Below are positions 50,581-61,950 of a DNA stretch of 64,000 nucleotides, piece by piece. The stretch is from Narcine bancroftii (lineage: Eukaryota), in NCBI RefSeq assembly GCF_036971445.1, contig NC_091472.1:52452001-52516000 (forward strand), written 5' to 3'. The translations under genes were made by a program, and so were the position numbers. Numbering within the stretch: the stretch's first letter is position 1; the number at the start of each line of letters is the position of its first letter. The notes below the pieces were generated by a model that saw nothing but the letters and a program-made list of their open reading frames with translations, searched no databases and was not told where the DNA came from.

Positions 50581-52009
50581 GTGGCTCACTGCTTGGTGAC
50601 AAAGTATGTGAAAACTTCGGCCTAGTCAAGAAGGTGTACCACATTAACAGTGCCAATGCACAGATCAGCAGAGCAGAAATACTGGATCAATTTCCAGACA
50701 TCTTCAAGGGGTTTGGAGTCTTACCATTCACCTATAAGATACAATTAGAGGAGGACACACAGCCAGTAGTGCATGCCGCAAGGTGGGTTCCGGTACCACT
50801 AAAATACGAGCTAAAACAGGAACTTTACCAAATTACATCACTAGGAGTGATAAAGAAAGTGGAGGAGCCTACAGAATGGGTGAATTCAATGGTTTGTGTC
50901 AAAAAGAAGAATGCTTGGACCTAAAAGACTTGACTGCCAATATAAAGAGAGAACATTATCGGATTGCAACTAGGGATGAAATTACAAGTGGGATGGCTGT
51001 TGCAAAGTTTTTCACAAAATTGGACTCATCCCAGGGCTTCTGGCGATTAAAACTGTATGAAGATAGCACAAAATTCTGTAACTTCAATACTCTGGCCGGT
51101 ACTCTTGTTTAATGACGTCTTTTGGAATTTTATGAGCTCCTGATGAGTCCACAGGACAATGGAGCACATCATAAAAGGTTTAAATGTGGTACACATGCAC
51201 CTGGATGACATGATCCAATGGGGATTCACACAGGAGCAACACAAAGAGAGGCTCATCAAAGTGTTACAACGCATCCAGAAATACGGATTAAAGTTAAACA
51301 GAGAAAAATGTCAGTTTGGTGTAAAGAAAACTATCACTCTTGGTGATAAGCTGTTGGAGGCAGGTGTGGAGCCAGACAAGAGCAAGGTGAAAGCAATTTG
51401 AGTGATGTTTAGTCCCACTGTCAAAAAGAACATATTGAGAGGGTTGGGAATGATCATTTTCATAGATAAATTCCTACTAAACCTGTCTTCCACAACGATG
51501 TACCTGAGGGAGTTGTTACATGACAAATGTGAATCAAATGGCGGCTAGACACGAGGAAGAAGGGGGATGACTGAAGACCATTCTAACTACAGATCCAGTG
51601 CTTTCGACATTCTTTGACCCATCCAGATGGATGAAATTATGTATGATACTTCAAAAGATGGAAAATGTGCTGTACTACTTCAGTCTGTGAGAGAAGATTG
51701 GAGGCCAGTTGCATATGTATCAGTGATGATGACCACATCTGAAGGTCAATATGAGCAGAAAGAGTAACTATGTCTGATCCATGGACTTGAGAAATTCCAC
51801 ATCTATGAGTATAGTCCAGCAACATTCGTGGCAGAGACAGACCATAGCCATTAATAGTCACAATCAAGAAAAACCCCAGTGAGAGGTTACTGCGAATCCA
51901 AAGACTGATGATGAAGCTACAAAGTTATGACTTTGAACTGATGTACACACCAGGGAAACCTATTGTGCTGGCTGATGCGCTGTTCTTGGCAATGATCCAG
52001 AGTGAAGCG

Positions 52010-52202
52010 CTCTGGCCTTCTTCCTTGATCTTGAAAAATAGATGTGATGTTTCTTCTATTGTGACAAAGAAACTTGGGTTCTTCTGAATTCCTTATATTT
52101 AATTATCAACTCATAACCTCGTGGGACACATCCATTTTGTGCCTATAACCTGAGGTGGGACCTTTCATCTCTGATGCCTTCTAGTGGTCAGGAGGATTAC
52201 CA
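52010..52202 (-). repeat. Inverted 193-bp copy of 53609-53801 inserted in Gypsy pol
   Basis: 4 mismatches. Includes most of the 3' LTR plus 33 bp of flank beyond the LTR's terminal CA. Confidence 0.93.
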
Positions 52203-54769
52203 CTCCCAAGTGTTCCACAGAGACAGATGTAAATCTCCACGTGAACCTGATCACTGCATTTCTTCCCATATCTGACATGAAATACAAACAGATCGCAGCT
52301 GAAACAGAAAATGACATAGTTCTACAGAAGGTCATCAAGAATCTTAATGAAGGTTGGCCTCGAGGTGAACGTCAGCAATACTATAACATAGAAGCAGAGC
52401 TGAATGTTGTCAATGGGCAGACTTATCATTCCACAATCACTGTGACAAAACATGCTGAAAAGGGGCACCGTGGAATGGAAAAATGCAAGAGAATGGCCAG
52501 AACTGCAGTTTATTGGCCAGGGATAAATGCTGACTTCGGCAGAATGGTCTCAAGCTGTGAGACCAGTCTGAAACATTACATAAAGCAACCAAAGGAACCC
52601 ATGACCATAAATGACACCAGAGGAGCCATGGCAGAAAGTTTTGACTGATCTGTTCCAACTGGATGGATAGAATTACCTGCTGGTAATTGACTATCGAACT
52701 ATCCTGAGATGAAGCTCTTTCCCAACATGTCAGCTGCCTGCATGATCAGATACGTGAAGTTGATCTTTGCCATACATGGAATACCTTGTATTGTCTACAG
52801 TGGCAATGGATCATGCTACAGTTGTAGAGAACTCCAGAAATTTGCAGAAGGGTATAATTTTCGACATGTGACTTTAAGTTCTGTGCATCCCCAGTCAAAT
52901 GGTAAAGCAGAGAAAGGAGTTCTCATAATTACACAGCTGCTCAAGAAAGCACAAGACAGTAGCTCAGATCCTTATCAAGCTCTGCTGAGTTACTGAGCTT
53001 CCCCACTTGAACATGGCATGTCACCCGCTGAGCTCCTGATGGGACACAGACGACGCACAACACTACCCTACAGACCATAACAAGAACAGAGATGTCAAAC
53101 AGAAACAAAAGCATGAGCAAAGGAGGCAACTGGCAAACTATCATGTCAGCATGAAGTTTAGGGCCACTGGCAAAACTCGACACAGTGAGGCTCAGAGATT
53201 CCAACACCTGGGTCACGAAGGCCACTGTTCAGGAGGAAGGAAATCCAAGATCCTGCACTGTCAGAACAAAGAAGGGTCAAATACTGGAGAGGAAACACAA
53301 AAGCCTGCTGAAAATGCAAGAGACACTGCAAGAACAGACAGATGCAGAAGATCCAGCCTGCACAGCAACAGAGGGAACACCATCAATGCTAGACAGTCGT
53401 GGACCAGTGGAGTCAACACAAGCACCTGTGTTGTGAAGATCCACACGTGTTATCAAAGCACCTGACTGCCTGAATCTCTAAAAGAAAAAGAACTGCACAA
53501 AATAAATTGTGCTGTTGATGTTTGTGTTGAGCTTTTAAATTGAAATCAGTACTGTATTACTATGTAATGTTGCTTGATTGAACATCTTAAGAAAAGGTGA
53601 TTGGAAGTTGGTAATCCTCCTGACCACTAGAAGGCATCAGAGATGGAAGGTCCCACCTCAGGTTATAGGCACAAAATGGATGTGTCCCTCGAGGTTATGA
53701 GTTGATAATTAAATATAAGGAATTCAAAAGAACCCAAGTTTCTTTGTCACAATAGAAGAAACATCACATCTATTTTTCAAGATTAAGGAAGAAGGCCAGA
53801 GAGTAAGCATGAAAAGGAGGGGGAAGTGCTAGAGACATATCAAGAGTAGACCAAATGAAAGTAAGAAAAATGGAAAGAGACCAAAAGGGAGAGTGAAGTT
53901 GAGAGAATGTTCGAATGGGCTAAAAAAAAGGAGATAAAGAAGAGGTTTCCTGTTCCACTGTTTCCATGTTTTCTTTACCTCCTTCCGTTTTCCTGTTAAC
54001 TGATTCTAGAAATATCAGAGCCAACCAGTTTTGTGGTAGGTGGTCAGTCCTTTAATATTTAGCCCAGATTATGCACTGATCTGCTTGAAATTCCCCACAG
54101 CTCTGCATTTTGCATTCATGTATGTTTTCTCTCTCTATCCACTGTGATCTTATTTTTTTCTTCATTTATGTTAATTTCATGAACAATTTATCTGAATGGC
54201 AAAAATGACCTTACCCTATCAAATAAAAATCCCTTTGACTTATTCATCCTTCCCACCCTCTCTGCACCCTGATTTGTCTCTTTTCTGTCAAAAGGTCTTT
54301 GACTCAATTCTGCTTTCCTCAGATGCTGCCAGACGTGTCTGTTTTCCTCCAATATATTGTAATGCATATTTCCCACAATCTGTGCTGCACAAAAATATCA
54401 GAATAAGAGACAGAAAGGGGCATGCACAGGTGCTAACAATATATTTGCATCTCTTTTGTATGTTTGTGAAGGTGGGGGAAGATGGCTTCTGTCCTTACTC
54501 CCTCTCCTAATCTCTTCCTGTGCATGCTGCTGTGGCACTGATACATACAGGCATGGCAGAGGAAATAACAAGAGAAAAGGTTGAAACAATGAAAAGACAG
54601 CTGTTTAAATGAAGGAGTTTAAATTTAAGGCCTCTAGGCAGGATGCCAGTTTCAGTTTGTGAAAATGGAGTTGCAAACAGGATATAGACATCATCATTTT
54701 GCATATAGGAGATTTGAATGGCTGCAAAAACCTAACACTGTGATAAATAAAGATAATAATGGAAATTAT

Positions 54770-55290
54770 AGATTTAAACAAGAAAATCTGCCGACACTGT
54801 GATTGTGATTTACATGAAAATGCTGGAGAAACTCAACAAGTCATGCAGCATTCTTTATGTAGCAAAGATAAAGATACCAACATTTCAGGCCTGAGCCCTT
54901 CATCAGGGTACAAGCAAAATGCAGGTGGGCACCTGAATAAGCTGGTGGGGGGAGGAGCACCAGCTCACAGACAAGAGGTTATTGGGGATGTGGGTGAGAG
55001 AGCATAAGAGAAAAAAAGTTGTGGTGATAGGGGAGTGGATAGCTCTCTGAATGAAGAGGGGAGTGGGTGCAGACCTGGAGGAAAGGAGACAGATTGATGG
55101 GGAGGAGAGAGACACAGGGGAGTGGCCTAATGAAAACCAGAACAGACAACCTTAATGCCATCCAGTTGGTGAGTGCCACACAGAATATTAAGTGTTGCTC
55201 TTCCAATTTGCGGGTGGCCTCAGTTTGGCTATGTATGAGTCGCAGTAGTCAGGCACGAAATTGAAATGGTGGGCCACTGGGAGATCAGGA
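54770..55290 (-). mobile_element. Penelope-like 3' end (GIY-YIG tail and pseudo-LTR)
   Basis: EEQHLIF (cf. LEEQHLIFRLG), pyrimidine-rich UTR on minus, and tgctggagaaactca..tttcaggcctgagcccttcatcagg terminus. Confidence 0.7.
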
Positions 55291-58200
55291 TTATAGTTTC
55301 AGTGTGGAGGCAATGTGAAGCACGATTGTAGAAAAGGAACCACTAGTTTTGATGATGGAAATCTAATAAACAAATTGTTTTCCATCACATGTCGAAATTT
55401 ATAGCCTGGCTTATTCTTCACTTTATCACTATTTCAACCTAGTGGACAAATCCTGTTTCTGATAGGTGTGTGGAAGAATACCTTAGAAGCGACACCAGGA
55501 ATGCTGAAAGTGAAGAACCCAGCATGGAAAAGCTAAGTAAATTCTAGCAAAAGGAGCATGGAATAAAAGGACCCAGGGGTCATGAATCAGATTAAAGCAC
55601 TTATCAGGAGGAAGAGGATCCATGATTCATGTTGTCGGTGTTGGCAGATATCCGTGCTGAGAGAGAGGCTGAAATAGGCAGAATTTGAAATCAGTTCTGA
55701 AGAAGGAATCTGACCTGGAATATTAACTCATTTTCTCTTCCACATATGCTGTCTGCAGACTACTTATAGATTTTTCTCTCTTTATTTCAGTTTACTTGGC
55801 CATGTTCTTTTTACTGTTGTTTCTTCACGTAACTGAGGCTGATGATGTAAAGGAAAAGTTGATAAAACTTATTGGGTGTGAAGACCAAAATTTTGGAAAA
55901 TATGGATTAGCTCAGCAATCTTATGGTTAAACTATCTGCATTTTAATGACCTCCAATTCATCCTCTTCTCTTCATCCCACTTGACATGCTGGTCTTCTAA
56001 TAACAATGCCTGAACCTCTGGAATTCCTAATCTAATCATCTCCACCTTTCCACCATTCTTTCCCTCCCTTCCCTGTAATGATTTTTTTTTAAATTTGATC
56101 AAACTAATGATCTTCACTGCAATCAGTAACTTTCCAGGTAATGTTGACAAAATAAAACTTAATAATTCAAAGGTGAACAAACATTTTAAGAATCTGTGAG
56201 GAGAAAAACAGCTACCTGGAAGATATATCAAAGAACCAGCAAAATCTTTTCAATAGTACTGATTAGAGGGAATCTAATTAAGGAGTAATGATCGTTGCAT
56301 AAAAGAATACTGATTCCAGTATATCTATATTTCAATTACATATTAGAACCATAGAACAATAGAATGTTGCAGCACAGAAATAGGCCACTTTGGACTTTCT
56401 AGTCTGTGCCAAACCATTTTTTTTTTTGTCTAGTCCCACTAAGCTGCACAATCCATAATCCTCATCCATCCATGTACCTGTCCAAATTCTTCTTAAATGT
56501 TTTATTTTTGGTTCTCAAACACATATCACATACATTTTTAACATACATATAAAAATATTATATACACCAAAATAATCTACATATTACTTACAAATAAATA
56601 TATAGACCTTCTCTCTATCTTTTTATAAAAAATATAAAAAAGTACAATTTACATAAATATATATAACAAAACAATATAAAAATTCCAAAACAAAACAAAA
56701 GGATTCGAGCTCCCTCCTCCCCATTACCCCTCTTCCCCTTAACTTAAACAAGATAAATGGATACAGAGCCTTTTTGTCTACCGCCAAGGCTCACAGTCTA
56801 TTTTACAAGTAAAAATAATGGTATAAGGTGTTGAGGATAGATCACATGCTTAAAGCAGCAATATTACACTTGTGTACCAATAAAGTTCAAATATAGTTGC
56901 CAGGTCTTCAGGAATGTATCGTGTCTGTTTCTTAAATTATATGTAATCTTTTCCATAGGAATACAACTGTCCATTTCTGATATCCATCTCTTCAGAGAAA
57001 TCTGTCTATCTGATTTCCATGTGATGGCAACACATTTCTTAAGTATCGCCAATACAATCATAGTAAATGAGATTTGGACTTCAGTTAAATGATTACCTGA
57101 TGTCTATAAAATTCCCCAACAAATATAAATCTGATTGCCAGGGAAGTTGACTCCTGTAATCTTAGATAACACTTCTGATACTTCCTGCCAGAAAACATTT
57201 ACTTTCACGCACGACCAAACAGAATGGAGGAATGTTCCTTCTTCTATCCCACATTGGAAACATCTTTCAGATATTTCGGGTTTTGATTTGTGCAGTCTTT
57301 GTGGAGTCAAAACTAATTGATGAAGAAAATTGCATTGCACCAAACAGTACCTCACATTAATAATAGATGTTACCCCTTCTTTACGCCATTCAGCCCAGGA
57401 ATATTCTGATATGTTCACTGCTAAATCTGCTTCCCATCTTTCCCTGGACCTATGAATTCTGAGCTTTTTCCCATCCGTCTGGAGGGTAAACTTATTTTTA
57501 TTACTCACCCATAAAATGAGTTCCAATTGACTTGATCTCTGAGCAGTAGCTCTTAATTGCAGATAGCAAAGAAAGTTACCATTTGGGACATCATATATTT
57601 GCTTCATTTGTTCGAATGATATTAAAGTTCCATCTTTATAACAATCTGCAATATGATTAATCCCCGTCTGGGACCAAATATTTAGAATCCTTTTCCCCAT
57701 TATCATTGGGCAGCAATGGATTGTTACATGATGGAGGCCTTATAGAAATCCCAGTTTTCCTTCCTATTATGTCGTTGGTGTCTTGCCATATTTTAATCAA
57801 ATGAATCAATATAGGTTTAGAAGACTTTTTTCTTAATTAGTTTCAAGTTTCACCTATAAATAAAATCTTTGGGTGATGCTACCTCCCACCCGTAAAGCAC
57901 CATGTGTACCCAATTCGGAGATTCCAATTCGAAAAAAGAATGCCAAAAGCCTCAGCTGTGAAGCCAGATAATATTTCTTAAAATCCAGAAGCCTCAAACC
58001 CCCTGATTTGTAGTCCCACTCAATTTGTCCAGTGCTATCCTTGACATTTTATTGTTCCATAAAAATTGCCTAACCATATTATTTATTATTTTAATAAAAC
58101 TTATTTGATAAATATATTGGTACTGATTGGAACAAATATTGGATCTTTGGCATGATCTTCATTTTAATTCAGTTAACCCTTCCTATTAAGGTCAGGGGCA

Positions 58201-60027
58201 GGTCTTTCGACTTCTGCAAATCTTTTTCTATTTTTGCCAATAAGGGAGAGTAATTCAATTCATAAAGATTTGTTCAAATTGTTATCATGCAGGATTCCTA
58301 AATGTTTAATCCCATCATTTTTCCATTTAAGCATACTGTTTACTTTAAACCACTCATAATTTTGGTTTATTATAGGTAAAATGTCACTGTTTTCCATATT
58401 TATTTTATATCCTGATACTGTAATTTCTCCATAGAACCCTTGAGTTCAGACATATACAGCCGTGCATCATCAGCAAATAAACTAATCTTGTGCTGAACTT
58501 GTCCGGCTTTGAGGCCTTTCATTTTAGGATGACCTCGATAATTTCTGCCAGAGGTTCATTCACCGTAGCAAATAGAGCTGGAGAAAGGGGTAAGCCCTGC
58601 CTGCTCAAGCAGCTTAATAGAAACATTCCCTCATCTAGTTACTAGTTATTAATTTTGCCTGTGGATTTTGCTATAGAACCTTAGCTCAATTTATAAAGCC
58701 TCAACTAATACCTAACTTTTCCAATGTTTTAAACAAATAAGGCCACTAAAGTCTGTCAAATGCTTTTTCTGCATCTAGTGATACTACTGTATTGGGGTCT
58801 TCACTCCACCACATTCATCTCAGGGACAAAGCATGCTGTGGGTGATGCTCCAGTCATACAGGAAGGAACTGATTGGGAGGGCTCCTCTCACCACCAGCCT
58901 GCCAAAGTCCAAGTAGTTGTTTTTGAGCACAGGCGATGGAACATTGTGCCAAATGACCTAGATGGTGTATTATATTAAATAGTCTTGCCAAGTTATTTGA
59001 CGATTACCTCCCTTTAACAAATTCTACTTGATCTACATGAATTAATTTAGGTATAATTGTCCCAATCTATTTGCTAATTCTTTTGCTATTATTTTGTAAA
59101 CTTCATTCAAAAGAGATATCGGTCAATAAGATAAAGTTTACATAGGATCTCTGTTCTTTTTGGGCAACACAGTAATTAATGCTGTTGAGAAGGAATCCAG
59201 TAATTTCTGGGTTTTCACTGCTTGTTCTATTACATCTATAAACAGGGGCATTAACAACTCTTTAAATTCTTTATAAAACTTGACTGGAAATCCATCCTTG
59301 CCAGGAGCTTTTTTACCTGAAGTGTCCCCAGTGGTTTTTTTTCAATTTCTTCCCTGATAAATTGTAAATTTAAATCCTGTCTGTCCTCATCATTCAACTT
59401 CAAGAGTTCCACTTCATCTAAAAACGTATCTATTTCGGCCTCATCCCCTGGCAAGTCAGATTTATATAAACTTTGTAATATTGAGGAAATATTTAATTTA
59501 TCTATTTTTGATTGTATGTAATCATGTCATTTTCCTTTTGTATAGCATTTATAGGTCTCACTGATTCTTCAGCCTTCAGTTGTCATGATAATACTTTCTC
59601 TCAAATCATAGTTTTTCTGTTTTGTATTTAATGTAGTCTTTTCTATTCTATATATTTGTAAAATATTGTATTGGATTTTCTTATTTTCCAGTAATCTATA
59701 TATGTCTTTATTTCCTGTCCTTTGATGTTCCTTTTCTAATTCCCCTATTTCCATCTCCAATTTATTTTTCCGCATTAAGTTCTCTTTTAATCTTTTTTGA
59801 ATATGACTCAAATATGCCTTTAATATATCCCCTATTAGAAAGCTATTGTCCGTTGATCTCAAATTAGTTTCACAAAAAAGTTCAATCTGTTGTTGTATAA
59901 ATTGTTTAAAATCTTCCCTTTTTAATAACATCGTATTTAATCGCCATTTGTATTTATTTTCCTGCTTCTCTGATAATTGCATTACCAAGGTTAGAGGTGA
60001 GTGATCTGAGTGCAGCCTAGTAAGTAT

Positions 60028-60689
60028 TGTTACGAACCCAAAGGACCCCAAAACCCAGCAGCAATAGACATTCACAAAGACAAGTGATTTTAAAGTTGTT
60101 TTTAATCAATTTTAAACATGAAAACAGAATCAAACTTTAACTTATCTCTATACTTAACTAACTCAAATTAACTCCCTTCTAAATCTAACCACATGTGCAT
60201 GATGTGTGTGTAAATTTAAGAAAAGTTCTTTGGTTCATAGCTCAATCTCACTTCTCCTTTTCCAAGTTCTCTGGATGCAGGAAATTCTTATACTGTGCAC
60301 AGAATTTTAAAAGTATAAAGTTCACCAGGCTTTGGTGCTCGAAAGGTAAATGTTTACTGCTCAGGAAGGTTCTTGTAGGGTTTGCAGAGAGAGATTTGTT
60401 GTTCCAGGATTTCCACCACTGAGGTACCACCATTAGTCTCTCAATGTCTCACTGATGAATCTTGCCCCATCAGGGTTTTCCAGATGGTAACCTCTTTCTT
60501 TCAGGCCACCACATAGTTCCTTTCTGTTCTCCTTATTCCAAGAAAAACATCAGACAGATAGCACTTCCAGCCATTCACTGCTCTGAAGTTTTTCATCAGT
60601 TTCAACCAGCTTTCTGGCTTGCACTGTTCAGCTGCTTTTCAGTGTTGCACACCCTAGCTGGGAGAGCTTGTTAACTTCTCTCTCTCTCC

Positions 60690-60746
<57 letters not shown>

Positions 60747-61118
60747 AGACTGCTAGAAAGCCAATGTGATTTTATCACTTGCAAAAACCCCCACCTTCTT
60801 CAGCAAAGTACAGGAGTTCTCCCCCTTGATCAAGCTGTTGTCTTAGTAAACAAAACCCTGGAGTGATCTTTCTGCGAGCATTTTCCAGAAAGGTACTTGT
60901 AGCCAGTTTGTCATCTTCAAAACAATGGTATTTTCATTTCATGACATCATTTCAATTTGCACCTACTTGTGAAATGTGCATCATGTTCTCCAGAGATCTT
61001 GCAATGTTACTAAATATGAATTCTTCAGTCTTTCAATTAAGATCTATTTTAAAATCTGTGTATATATGTACCCTACTCTAAATCTTACCATATTCCTAAA
61101 TATTTATAATCCATTACA
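60028..61118 (-). mobile_element. Solo LTR (1091 bp) inserted in L1 endonuclease
   Basis: tgttacg...ttaca with perfect TSD gtat at 60024-60027 and 61119-61122. Confidence 0.85.
60677..60742. repeat. (CT)n microsatellite
   Basis: Visible dinucleotide run inside the solo LTR. Confidence 0.95.
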
Positions 61119-61474
61119 GTATTCAGTTTTTAACTACTCAATCTTTCAGACTCGACGATAGCAAAAATAAATCTGCTATGTAAGTGATTTTTTTGAATAA
61201 AATGAATAATCTCTCTCCATAGGGTTAGACTGCCTCCATACATCTATCAAGTTTAAATCTTTCATATATGAGAGAACTAATTTAGCTGCCTTGGCTCTTG
61301 TTCCCATTTTTGCTAATTTATCTAGGATTAGATCCAAACAAAAATTAAAGTCGCCTCTAATTAATATATTTTTCCTTCTCTCTGCGGCTTTTAAAAATAC
61401 ATCCTTCATAAAGACCTTGTTGTCATAGTTCGGGGATTAAGTATTAATTAACGTCCATGATTCTGAGTAAAGTT

Positions 61475-61950
61475 TGTTCCATTCTCAGTTTGCTCTTCCA
61501 AAATGCAACAACTCTGTCTGCATTAAATTCAATCTGCCATTTGTCATCCCATTTTTCCAGTGGTCAGATCCCTCTGCAAGCTTTGAAAACCTTCGTCACT
61601 CTCCACAAAACTTGCTGATCTAATTTACCCCATTATCATCCAGATCATTGATATGGATGGCAAACAACAAAGGTCCCAGCACTGATCTTTGAGGCACACC
61701 ACTAGTCACAGGTCTCCAGTCTGAAAATCAATCATCCACCACTACTCTCTGGCTTCTCCCACCCAGCCATTGTCAAATCCAATTCACTACTTCACCATGA
61801 ATACCTAGTGTCTGAGCCTTCCTGATTAACCACCCAGGTAGAATCTTGTCAAAGGCCTTACTAAAGTCCAGGTAGACAACCTTCACAGCCTTTCATTCAT
61901 CAGCTTTCATGGTAACATCCTCGAAAACTCTATAAGATTGGTTAATCATG
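61475..61950 (-). mobile_element. CR1 RT internal fragment
   Basis: Homologous to 22370-22810 (ggtcccagcactgatc..gaggcacaccacta = SGVPQ.SVLGP). Confidence 0.8.

Larger units (their letters stand above)
45882..53768 (+). mobile_element. Old Gypsy LTR retrotransposon (outer)
   Basis: Diverged LTRs ~45882-46057 and ~53597-53768; PBS-like tggtagcag at 46058. Broken gag (WTGNVDYDWRLFK, CPAYGK.C), RT (EEPTEWVNSMV, LDSSQGFW, HLDD) and integrase (HPQSNGKAEKGV). Confidence 0.88.
56500..61470 (-). mobile_element. L1/Tx1-type LINE ORF2 (endonuclease-RT-Cys-rich), decayed
   Basis: GDFNFCLD, DVWRQSNP..YSFYS, SDHSPL, SLDAEKAFD, LFADDA, CFQCGIEEGTFLHSVWSC; 3' UTR and A-rich tail near 56500. Confidence 0.88.

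Noticed and set aside
55465-55550. Possible host exon (..CVEEYLRSDTRNAESEEPSMEKLSKF*); similar candidates at ~19764 and ~37672
   Set aside because: Short frames after AG with no recognisable homology and no consistent exon chain.
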